Assembly: GCF_006345805.1 (NCBI RefSeq)
Contig: NW_021836318.1
Location: forward strand, 1 to 64,000
Direction of reading: 5' to 3'
DNA: 64,000 nt
From: Octopus sinensis
Lineage: Eukaryota
Part shown: in pieces, positions 39,136 to 49,762 of the stretch
Position numbering within the stretch: the first letter of the stretch is position 1
Layout: each line of letters begins with the position of its first letter
Made by a program: the position numbers and the translations under genes
Notes under the pieces: generated by a model
The model's database searches: none
What the model was told of the DNA's origin: nothing
The model's input: the letters and a program-made list of their open reading frames with translations, nothing else

Positions 39136-39498
39136 CTGGAGCACCGCCTTTAGTCGAGCAAATCGACCCCCGGGACTTATTCTTTTGTAAGCCCAATACT
39201 TATTCTATCGGTCTCTTTTGCCGAACCGCTAAGTTACAGGGACATAAACACACCAGCATCGGTTGTCAAGCAATGCTAGGGGGACAAACACAGATACACA
39301 AACATATACAAACATACATATATATATATATATATACATATATACGACAGGCTTCTTTCAGTTTCCGTCTCCCAAATCCACTCACAAGGCATTGGTCGGC
39401 CCGAGGCTATAGCAGAAGACACTTGCCCAAGGTGCCACACAGTGGGACTGAACCTGGAACCATGTGGTTGGTTAGCAAGGTACTTACCACACAGCCGC
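39135..39498 (-). mobile_element. SINE family A (right arm of an inverted pair)
   Basis: Begins gctggagcaccgcc with the tail lost, and runs to the head cttaccacacagcc. Confidence 0.9.
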
Positions 39499-39564
39499 CA
39501 CACATATAAAATATATCTTGTGTACAGTTAGATGTATGATTACTACTGTATAGCAAAGACACAT

Positions 39565-39905
39565 GTCTCAGTAGCTAGTGAGTTGGACTCACAATCATGA
39601 GGTTGTGAGTTCAATTCCTAGACCGGGCTGTATGTGGTATTCTTGAGCAAGACACTTTATTTCATGTTGCTCCAGTTCACTCAGCTGTAGAAAGGAGTTG
39701 TGACATCACTGGTGCCAAGCTGTGTCGGCCCCTTTGCCTTTCCCTAGGATAACATCGGTGGCATGGAGAGGGGAGGTTGGTATGCCCAGGCAACTGATGG
39801 TCTTCCATAAACAACCCTGTCCAGACTTGTGCCTCAGAGGGGAACTTTCTAGGTGCAATCCCATGGTCATTCATGACCAAAGGGGATCTTTACCCTTTAC
39901 TCTTT
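39565..39905 (+). mobile_element. Diverged tRNA-derived SINE (family E-like)
   Basis: gtgagttcaattcctagaccggg B-box-like, then cttgagcaagacactttatttc..tgctccagttcactcagctg. Confidence 0.6.
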
Positions 39906-39951
39906 TCCCATTTTTACCTTACTACTATATGAGTTAGAGCTTCATCTAGAC

Positions 39952-40152
39952 CAGTGGTTTTCAACCAGGGTTCCGCCAGTACAGTCCAGGGGTTCCACAA
40001 GAAGTTACAAAACTGCTAAAATCGGCAGTAATTTTTAATTCTCCTGTGCAGATATGTGTGCATAAGACTATTAAATTATTGCACAGGGGTTCCTCGAGCA
40101 AGTGGAATGTTTGCTTGGGGTTCTGCTCCAGCAAAAAAGTTGAAAAGCACTG
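39952..40152. mobile_element. hAT (Charlie-like) MITE, 201 bp
   Basis: CAGTGGTTTTCAAC...GTTGAAAAGCACTG with a perfect 8-bp TSD ATCTAGAC. Confidence 0.95.
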
Positions 40153-40305
40153 ATCTAGACTATCATTATCCAGTCCCCTTGTTAGAATAGGGGTTAGTCT
40201 ACAACTGTACTTATTAGTGTTACTAGTTAAGATATACAGAGCATATGTAGGGGAAAATTAAGATTAACACCAGTATAAATATTTAGTTCCTACATACATT
40301 TCAGT

Positions 40306-40807
40306 GGAGGCACATGGCCTAGTGTTTAGAGCAGCAAACTGGCAGTCGAGGGATTGCAGGTTCGAATCTCAGACCGGGTAATGTGTGTATTTATGAGTGA
40401 AACACCTAAGCTCCACATGGCTCTGGCCCCTTTGAATTACAGGTACTATTCAATTTTTGAGAGCTGAGTGGACTGGAGCAATGTGAAATAAAGCATCTTG
40501 CTCGAAGACATGGGTCCCAGGTGATCTGATCAATGGAATAGCCTGCTCATGAAATTAATGGGCAAGTGGCTGAGCACTCCACAGACACATATCCCCTTAA
40601 AGTAGTTCTCAGGGAGATTCAGTGTTAAACAGAATATGACAGGGCTGGCCCTTTCAAATACAGGTACTACACATTTTTGCCAGCCAAGTGGACTGGAGCA
40701 ACATGAAAAAAGAGGATTATTGTTTAAGGACAAAATCACTGCTGGGAATTGAACTTGTGATCTTACAATCATTGTCCAAATACTTGAACCCCTAAGCCAT
40801 GTGCCTA
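40306..40807. mobile_element. Two diverged family-E SINE pieces, tail to tail (40306-40510 +, 40515-40807 -)
   Basis: Head ggaggcacatggcctagtg..ggttcgaatctcagaccggg. The minus piece matches 59170-59340. Confidence 0.65.
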
Positions 40808-41112
40808 CACAATAGTCACACACATATACACATTGTAAGATGATGGAAAGCCTATCTGATTGTCTTTGATTATTTTGAAAATTATCTAATGCATCAAACA
40901 CATTACTGATTGTGTCGAAATAGCTACTAAGGTACTGTATTAGTCCAATATTACTGAAAAATGTTATCAGCATTGAATATTTGCAGCACAGTAGCAAAGT
41001 GGTAAAGGCAAAAACTTGTATGTATGTATAGATATGTATTAAGTTGGCAACTAAGTTCCTGCCATTTTTTAAAATTTAAAATTTTTAAAAGGTTTAATAA
41101 AAAATAACAACT

Positions 41113-41625
41113 AATTGGGAAAGACCCAAGAGATTAAGACTCTATTCCTTAGAGCGTAGGCGAGAAAGATATGCCATAATATACATCTGGAAGATCCTAG
41201 AAGGACTTGTCCCAAACTTTGGCATTGAGAGTTACACAAATACTAGAACTGGGCACCACTGCATAGTGCCAAGGACTCCAAATTTGCCATCAAGATGTAG
41301 GACAAGATATTGTGATAGCCTGGGCTTCAGAGGCCCACAGCTCTTCAATATCCTCCCGAAGAACCTGAGAGACCTGCATGGGGTGGATGCAGATGTCTTT
41401 AAAATAAGACTGGATCTCTTCCTGTCAAGTGTCCCAGATGAACCAACTTCACGGCAGGAGGTGCAGATGAGGGCAGCTGCATCGAACTCTCTCATGCACC
41501 AAATGGCAATTGCTAAAAAGCATTCATGAAGTAAAATCATGTAGCAACACCAAATGGCGGTGCCCCAGCATGGCCACAGCTCGTGAGCTGAAACTAGATA
41601 AAATAAAATAAAATAAAATAAATAA
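41113..41625 (+). mobile_element. CR1-group LINE 3' fragment with (TAAAA)n tail
   Basis: LRLYSLERRRERYAIIYIWKILEGLVPN...GPQLFNILPKNLR...FKIRLDLFLSSVPDEP...RAAASNSL. Confidence 0.85.
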
Positions 41626-41637
41626 TTAATCGATAAT

Positions 41638-41805
41638 AGGAGTGGCTGTGTGGTAAATAGCTTGTTTACAAACCACATGGTTCCAGTTTCAGTCCCACTG
41701 CATGGCACCTTGGGCATGTGTCTTGTACTATAGCCTCGGGCCGATCAAAGCCTTGTGAGTGGATTTGGTAGACAAAAACTGAAAGAAGCCTATCGTATAT
41801 ATGTA

Positions 41806-41872
<67 letters not shown>

Positions 41873-42085
41873 TTGTGTGTCTGTGTTTGTCCCCCTAGCA
41901 TTGCTTGACAACCGATGCTGGTGTGTTTATGTCCTCATTACATAGCGGTTCGGCAAAAGAGACCGATAGAATAAGTACTGGGCTTACAAAGAATAAGTCC
42001 CGGAGTCGATTTGCTCGACTAAAGGCGGTGCTCCAGCATGGCCGCAGTCAAATGACTGAAACAAGTAAAAGAGTAAAAGAGTAAA
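41638..42085 (+). mobile_element. SINE family A with a diverged 14-bp TSD
   Basis: Flanks are aattaatcgataat and aattaatcaatatt. Confidence 0.9.
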
Positions 42086-42390
42086 TTAATCAATATTGTA
42101 TTCACCCTTGTTGTTTACAACTTCTTCTCAACGTTAAACAAGATTTTCAACACCTCGTTGGTAGAAATCACCTGATTATGTCTCGAAAAATTGATCCAAC
42201 CAAGCTCTAAATTCTGCATTAGTATTGAACGAAACTCTGTGCATAGCATTTGAAAGAGATCGAAAGAGGTGGAAATCCATTGGTGCCAAATCAGGAGAGT
42301 ACAGCAGGTGTGGCATCACTTCCCAGCCATGCGTTTGAATGGCTTCCTTGGTCATATTGGCGTTATTAAGATGGCAAGCTGGCAACAGCC
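42086..42390 (-). mobile_element. Mariner transposase C-terminal remnant (second family)
   Basis: HGWEVMPHLLYSPDLAPMDFHLFRSL...DFYQRGVENLV...NKGEY. Confidence 0.9.
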
Positions 42391-42609
42391 ATTAACATAC
42401 CAAACAAAATTCTTACTGGCCTTTTATCTTTCTTTAACATTCTGAGTTCAAATGTCGTCAAGGTTGACTGTACATTTCATCCTTTCAGGGTTAATGAAAT
42501 AAATATCATTTGCATATTGGGATCGATAGAAATCGACTTACACTCCCTCTTCCATAATTGCTGGCCTTGTGCTAAAATTTGAAACCATTATTATTATTAT
42601 TATTACTAT

Positions 42610-43551
42610 TTTATGTTTGACTTTTGCTTCACATTTGTACAAGTTGGCTCCAAGTCTCACCCAGAGACCTCAAGAGACAACCGGTTGGAAGTTCATGTTG
42701 TTGTTATGCCTAGGGTGTCATATTTTGGGTTTTGTGCATAGTGTTGTTCTAGAGAATGTTTAAGAAACCATAAGAAAATTATGTTTGTTTTAAAATTTGA
42801 GATTACATAGACAGTATTTTACGTTGGATATGGGCAGTTCCCATGAGCACTATCTTTTGAATTTCTGCCATTTTGGAGTTTCCTGGTATCTGAGCTAGGT
42901 AGCAATCAGCCCCTTTTGCTATCATTCCCAGGGCACATATGACAACAGGTATTGTTTTAGTCTTCAGCTTCCACATTTTGCTGATTTCTATTTCAAGATC
43001 TTTATATTTGCTCAGTTTTGGTAGGTCTTGACAGATACGTTTATATCGATTGGGACAGTCATATCAATGAGGAGGCATGTTCTTTGTCTGAAGTCTTTCA
43101 ATATGATGTCTGGCCTATTCACATCTATCTTTCTGTCAGTTTGAATTGTGAAGTTCCAGAGGAGTGAGATGTGGTCATTTTCAAGCACTGGAGGTGGTTT
43201 ATGTTCCCACCAGTTTGATCATGGGGCAAATCCAGGTTTTGCAAATTACCCAGTGAATATATAGTGCAACTCTATAATGCCTGTTGAGATACTCTGTAGG
43301 CCAGTGGTTTTCAACCAGGGTTCCGCCAGTCCAGTCCAGGGGTTCCGCAAGAAGTTAGAAAACTGTTAATATCGGCAGTAATTTTTATGTCTCCAGTGTA
43401 GATATGTGTGCATAAGACTATTAAATTATTGCACAGGGGTTCCCCGAACCAGTGGAATGTTTCCTTGGGGTTCCGCTCCAGCAAAAAGTTTGAAAAGCAC
43501 TGCTGTAGGCGCTAGAAGACTGCACTTGGAGACAACATGATGAATGGTTTC
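42610..43551 (-). mobile_element. R4/Dong-like non-LTR retrotransposon 3' fragment (restriction-like endonuclease)
   Basis: Minus-strand translation after removing the MITE: ETIHHVVSKCSLLAPTEYLNRH...LLWNFTIQTDRKIDVNRPDIILKD...CLLIDMTVP...KYKDLEIEISKMWKLKTKTIPVV. (TTA)n at both ends. Confidence 0.85.
43302..43502. mobile_element. hAT MITE, 201 bp, same family as 39952-40152
   Basis: Same TIRs with a perfect 8-bp TSD CTGTAGGC. Confidence 0.95.
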
Positions 43552-43552
43552 A

Positions 43553-43609
<57 letters not shown>

Positions 43610-43612
<3 letters not shown>

Positions 43613-43830
43613 AGGTGGCGAGCTGGCAAAATCATTTACACATAGAGTGTAATGCTTAACGGCATTTTGCCCATCACTATGTTCTGAGTTCAAATTCTAC
43701 TGAGGTCAGCTTAGCCTTTCATCCTTTCAGGGTTGATAAATTAAGTACCACTGAAGCACCAGGGTCGATATAATTGACTGTCACACACCCATAAAATTTC
43801 AGGCCTTGCGCTTACAAAAAGAAGGGATTC
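43610..43830 (+). mobile_element. SINE family C, diverged (others at about 15950-16095 and 42415-42590)
   Basis: aaggtggcgagctggc..gttctgagttcaaattc..cctttcatcctttcagggttgataaattaagtacc. Confidence 0.8.
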
Positions 43831-43834
43831 TTCT

Positions 43835-43838
43835 TTTT

Positions 43839-43926
<88 letters not shown>

Positions 43927-43952
43927 TTCTTCTTCTTCTTCTTCTTCTTCTT

Positions 43953-43983
<31 letters not shown>

Positions 43984-44065
43984 TTCTTATTATTATTATT
44001 ATTATTAATATTATTATAATCATTATTATTATTATTATCATTATTATTATTATTATTATTAACAC
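43835..44065. repeat. (CTT)n/(ATT)n microsatellite
   Basis: Visible directly. Confidence 0.95.
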
Positions 44066-44229
44066 TATAATATAGAACAAAAATGCCTTACCCGAGAATC
44101 TGTTTCCTAACATAGCAATAAAGCAATTCCCATGCCCCTTCCTCAAAATAGACTTCATGGGAACTTTTCAGAAACGTGCACAAAATGAACTGGTGTTTGT
44201 TTTCGTTTTTTTCCTATTTTTAAATCACG

Positions 44230-44346
44230 TGTAACAGTAAGCGGATGTTGGTTGGTTTGTTGGTTGGCTCATTAATTCATTTGTTAATCACGTTGGTCAG
44301 AGAAGCTATATAAAGGAAGAAAACGCTTTCATTGTACTACAGTTTG
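44230..44346 (+). promoter_or_regulatory. Core promoter of the 426-aa gene
   Basis: TATATAAA at 44307-44314 and Inr-like ACAGTT at about 44339-44344, roughly 30-35 bp downstream. E-box CACGTG upstream at about 44226. Confidence 0.6.
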
Positions 44347-44380
44347 TTTGTGAACTTCACCAGCAGACATAACTCGCAAG

Positions 44381-45661
44381 ATGCCGGAATACCGTCCTCT
44401 AGCTGTTGAGCGGCAAGTTTTCTTGATTGGAATATGGCGATCTGTTACTCTAAACGATATTTTCCTGAAAGAGATTCAAATAGAAGAGGAAAAAATTACA
44501 GATAAAATCTGTCAACTGCAGTTGTCTCCTTCCGGATTGTTTTTGTTTGCAAAAACAGGAAACTACAACACAGGGCTGGAGAATGGAGTTCTGCTGCATA
44601 AGATTTACTCAATCGCATCAAAAAAGTCAAAACCAGAGCATCTGTTGTGCATCATTGATGAAGATGAAGAGGATAAATTTGCTGTCATTTTGCTCCGTTG
44701 TAACACTTTGAAAGACAGCTTCCTCATACAGAACACCATGAAAGAACTGTGGGATGTTTGTTTCATGTCAGAGAAACAGTTTTATATCAAGCGTGAGCCT
44801 TGTGGGAGAGTGAAAAGTATGCTGAGAGGATCGTATGGGTCAGATGAAAGTTGGCAGAAAAGCAACAGTGAAAAATCCGATGAAATATATAATTCTGGGT
44901 CTTTGATAACGATCGATGATTTCAATAAATATCAGCACGCCACAGAGTCAAACATGACAACCATAAGAGAACAGCTTGATATGATTTTTTCAGAAATCAA
45001 CAATGTTAAAGTCTACCTAACGAACACCGACATAACGAATGAAGATAACCTCGAAGACCTCAACAACATGAAAGGCATGAAGTATTTGAGAGCGATCGCA
45101 CATAACAAAGACGGAGATTCAAACAATGAAATCCGAAGTTTGGAAGACTATTTTGATGTAGATGTATTGAAAGCCAGCAAATTGTCTGACACTGAAAATG
45201 AAGAATATATTTTATTACGAAACAACCTCTTAAAAAAATCTCATGACGGCTATTTTCAAGAGAAGCCCATCCGTTTTAAGCCTGATTATTTACACAGTGA
45301 CCCACTGTTTGGTAAAACGCGTAAAGGCCATAGTCTGGAGGACTGTCTCAACACGAAGGAAAGCAACATGGTGAATAGCCAAATGGAGATAATGGAATCA
45401 ACCTCGAAAGCTAATTCCGTGGCAAAGGGCCGCAAACCAGGCAACTGGGGATTTTTACAAGAACTTTTTGATTTGGAATCAAACAGCAAAGAGTCCATAA
45501 CAAAAAAGAACAGTGATAGGACTTTCACACCTTGTCATGCAAAACCCCTTGATATGGCTTACATGCGCACAGGAGTACGAAAACCCATTGAAGAGGTCTA
45601 CCGAAAGAAAGACAGCCAAGTATTTACCTGGGACGCTGTATACAAACCAAACCACAGTTAA
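44381..45661 (+). CDS. Probable intronless host gene, uncharacterised 426-aa protein with a possible N-terminal PH/PTB-like domain
   Basis: Only long non-repeat, non-TE ORF in the window. In-frame TGA at 44351, A at -3 of the ATG, TATA box upstream, no TE motifs. The domain call is pattern-based inference. Confidence 0.75.
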   Translation: MPEYRPLAVERQVFLIGIWRSVTLNDIFLKEIQIEEEKITDKICQLQLSPSGLFLFAKTGNYNTGLENGVLLHKIYSIASKKSKPEHLLCIIDEDEEDKFAVILLRCNTLKDSFLIQNTMKELWDVCFMSEKQFYIKREPCGRVKSMLRGSYGSDESWQKSNSEKSDEIYNSGSLITIDDFNKYQHATESNMTTIREQLDMIFSEINNVKVYLTNTDITNEDNLEDLNNMKGMKYLRAIAHNKDGDSNNEIRSLEDYFDVDVLKASKLSDTENEEYILLRNNLLKKSHDGYFQEKPIRFKPDYLHSDPLFGKTRKGHSLEDCLNTKESNMVNSQMEIMESTSKANSVAKGRKPGNWGFLQELFDLESNSKESITKKNSDRTFTPCHAKPLDMAYMRTGVRKPIEEVYRKKDSQVFTWDAVYKPNHS

Positions 45662-45956
45662 GACAGGTAATTCTGTCGGTTTTTTTACCTCACACTACCT
45701 GAAGCCACCTTAATGGACTTCAAAGCTACAACTTGTTAAATGGACAAAAAACAAAAAAAAAACAAAAAAAAAATTCAAAACAAAAGTAATATTTCAAACA
45801 ACTTTTTAAATATATTTATTGAACAATATTTGATTGAACTACCTTGTCATATATATACACACACACACCAAAGACAAATTGTGAGGACAGGTATATATAT
45901 ATATATAATCACATTATATCATATTAAATTATATTATTTATATTATATGTGTGTAT

Positions 45957-45988
<32 letters not shown>

Positions 45989-47853
45989 GTATATACACAC
46001 ACAAGTACATACACATACATACACATAGAAATATATATATATGTATACATAGACTCCTACACATATCAGCTGTAATTCAAAAACAGATGTGCATTAATGC
46101 TGTCCAGCTGTCCGAATATCTCTCTAACTTATACTTTGGCCAATGTTGTGACCATATATCTATCTGTGTGTATCTGTGTTTGTAGAGCAGCCTTGATCTT
46201 CAACTATTTAAGAGAATCATTAACTATTGTGTTGCTCTCTGTAGGATTTGCGATGGGTAAAATGTACCTCAGTTTTTCGCAGTCCAAACCATGAAAGAAG
46301 GAGAACTTCAGATCATATAATACCAATGGCTGCCTCCTCCTCCTCTTGTATGAGTCAAGGGATTCTCTAAGTGGACTCTTGCTTCTGTTAAAAATACCAG
46401 CTGAGCTTTTTGTGAAATCTCATGAAACCTTAAAAAATGACAACAAAAAAAAAAAAAACAGAACAATGGATAATGCAATCCAAGGTATACTCAGACAAGA
46501 AATTAAGACAGAGTGGTCGTGATTTGTTCAATCAGACCTCATCTGAGACTAAGAGTCAATAAGAACTATAACAACGAGAAGAACAACAAAAAAGAAATTA
46601 TGACAACAACAACGACAAGAGTTACAACAACCACAAGAATATCAAGAAGGAAAATAACAACAACAACAAAGAATTCCTTTGCCCAGAAATCTACCAAGAC
46701 TTCAGTCTGTGTCCTGATTGTTCTGTGACTGTAAGAACTGGTTTTCTCTAAAGCAACCCAGATTCGACTGTAAATCTATGATTTCACATTTTGGTAAAAC
46801 AATTTCTTTGCAATTTTTACCTTATTTTTGTTTCTTTCATTTTTTATTATTTTTTTTTTTTAAATTTCTTTAGTTTTTTTTTCCCATCCGTTTTTAATTA
46901 TTGGTTAACCGAGATGCGTGACGTCTCTCCCTTGGGACATATATTTTCATTCCCCCGCCCCACCTCATATCCCAGCTAAAAAAAAAAAAAAATTGAATGT
47001 CTAAACAATTTTTGTATTTTAATCTGTGTGGTCCTGAACTGATCTGAATCTTAATCCCAATTATATTCCTGGTATGTTTCAATTGACATTCTACCCCATC
47101 ACACACACAAACCCTTATGCAACTTATATTATCAGAGACACCTAGCTAAATACCCACGGGCTGAATAATAATAATAATAATAATAATGACGATGTTGATT
47201 TCTTTTACTTATGATAAAAAAATTTATAGTAATGACAGCAATCATAGTAATTATAATAATGACTTATTTAATTAAAATTGTTTCTTATAATAATATTAAT
47301 AATGACGATGATTTACTTTTAATTAAGAAATTTTTAATAATAATGATCAAATTCAACTTTGATTAAAAGATTTTTTTCACAATAATAGTGATAATAATGA
47401 AAATTATGTTTTTTACTTTTAATTAAAAAATTTTTTAATAATAATAATAATAATAGTAATAATAATAATAATTGTGATGATGATGATAATAATAGCAATA
47501 ATAACAATATATGGGTTTTGAACTTAATTACAAGAGCAGAGATTAATTTGTTGGGTTGTATGTGTAGCAGATTTAATTAATCTATCTTTGTTTCTATGTC
47601 TGTCTGTGTGTCTGTACCTATTATTTATTTATTTATTAATTTATTCATTCATGTCTGTTAGTATGTAAGTTTGTATGTTAAATTGACTAGAAAAGGCTGT
47701 GTGATATAAAGTTAAGAATTGTTCAAAGCTGGCTTTTAAACAAATTTAACATCACACACACGCACATGTATGTATATATATATATACACACATATACATA
47801 TATAGGATGCCATGATAGATCGTTTTCTTCTCTCCTTGTTTCTTTTCTGTGTA

Positions 47854-47891
47854 TCTTTCTGTCGAAGAGCGTACGCTCGAAACGTAAAAGA
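47854..47891 (+). ncRNA. Minimal type I hammerhead-ribozyme-like motif (Penelope pLTR type), variant core
   Basis: TCTTT-CTGTCGA-A-GAGC(GTAC)GCTC-GAAA-CGTA-AAAGA, in an approximately 180-bp segment flanked by (TA)n. Confidence 0.55.
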
Positions 47892-48319
47892 CTTTTTCTA
47901 TTCCTGAGCACTATACTAATACATTTGTTTGTTTGTACTCCACCTGCCTTCGTCTTTTGTTGATTTACGTAAACTTTCCCTTTATATAAACATATATATA
48001 TATATATATACGCATACACACACATACATGTGTGTGTGTGTATTTAATTCTACCTTCAATCTCTGCGTCATTTATTTAAGAATTATCATACTCTGTGTGT
48101 CTTTGTCCATTATTCTCTGTTTAACTGTTTCTGTTGTCCTGTGATCTCATCAGCCAATCGGTTTCTTTTGCCCTGTTTTCTCTCTCGTTTCCATTATTGA
48201 GCTACACTGCTGTGCAGTGGTCACTCTGGCGCACTCCAAAATTTGCTCAAAGATATTCCTGCAGGCAGGAACCCGAGCTACTTTCTAACAAGGGCAGTAA
48301 CTCAAAGCAAGACACGTTT

Positions 48320-49026
48320 GCCCTTTTTACTTGCTTCAGTCATTTTGACTGAGCCATGCTGGGGCAACACCTTGATAGTTTTCCTTCAAACAAATCAGCA
48401 CCATTCTTCTTTTCAAGCCTGGTACTTATTATTGTACTGTTCTCTTTTTGCCCAACTGCTAAGTTACAGGAATGTAAGCAAACCAACACCAGCTGTCTAG
48501 TTGTGGTAGAGGAAAAACACAAACACATAGATATATACATACATATATACATGCATATATATTCTACTACTGTTTCTGCTAACCCACACCTTTCCTCCAT
48601 CTATACAATAGCAATAATAATAATAATGATAATAATAATAATAATATGATAATGATGAAAATGATGATGATAATGATAGTAGCAAACATTTAGACTAACA
48701 GAAATACTTTATAGATATTCCTTCTTTAAAGGTGTCTTAAAGTTTGCATAAATTAATCGTTTCTTACTATTATTTATTTATTCATTTTTTTCGGAAGATG
48801 CATTTGCAAGAGAAGGAATTAGAATTTTCTAGTTTTTCTGAAAAATAAATACACACATACATACATATGGCGGGCTTCATTCAGTTTCTGTCTACCAAAT
48901 CCACTCACAAGGCTTTGGTTGGCCTAAGGCTATAGTAGAAGAGACTTGCCCAAGGTACCACACAGTGGGACTGAACCCGGAACCATGTTGTTGGTAAGCA
49001 AGCTACTTACCACACAGCCACTCCTG
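48320..49026 (-). mobile_element. Old SINE-A-like 3' part (48320-48540) and a SINE-A head (48866-49026)
   Basis: ttttacttgcttcagtcattttgactg...; ctaccaaatccactcacaaggctttgg...cacacagccactcctg. Confidence 0.75.
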
Positions 49027-49762
49027 AACCAAAACCCTGAACTGATAGAATAAGAGAAAGAGGGAAGGGCTGGACCCTTAAAGGAAATGAAAAACCCTCG
49101 TTATTATTTTTCAGTGCAGAAAAACAGCAGGGCTTGATTAAACGAATTGCGTGTATTTATTATTTTGAAATTATTTCTTATTCATTAGACTAAGAAGGGG
49201 AAGTAACCATGCCTTTGCCGGTTACATTCTCACAATGTCAAGATTGATGTAAATGATATCCACCCTGAACATTTGCTGGTCAATGTCAGGATGCTTTGAC
49301 ATGAGTAGAGAGAAAAGAGGGCAAGATTCTGCTCTGAATGTCAGCAATAGAAGGAACTTTAGTAAAGAATAACAAAAGACCAAGTGCTGATAGTAAAGCT
49401 CAATGCGGTGTTGTGGTAGCTGCCAGTATTTTACTGCCATATATTCCATTTATATCTAATCGTTTTAATAGCATCTATAAAGTCACATCTAGTAAACTAG
49501 AATGAAAGCACAGCGTCCCTCAACAGACTGACTTCTAACTTCTGTAATATATCATCAGCAACAACAAAACATGTTCTACATATTACAACAAATGCTTTTA
49601 TAAATCCTGATAATGTCATCATAACATATGAAGCTGTCTTGTTATTATGCTTAATCTAGCATTTCCATTCGATTCACTTTTCATTTACAGATTAATGGGA
49701 GACACAAAATATAACATGAAGTAGATGTGTATTGCAATGTATTGAACAAATATTTTAAGAAT

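Noticed and set aside
46900-46930. CCAAT (reverse) plus CRE-like tgacgtc as a promoter
   Set aside because: Only two short motifs and no associated ORF or other support.
49222-49700. Possible exons in unique sequence (also 55200-55370 and 57520-57750)
   Set aside because: Short frames with no recognisable protein signal or consistent splice-site pairs.
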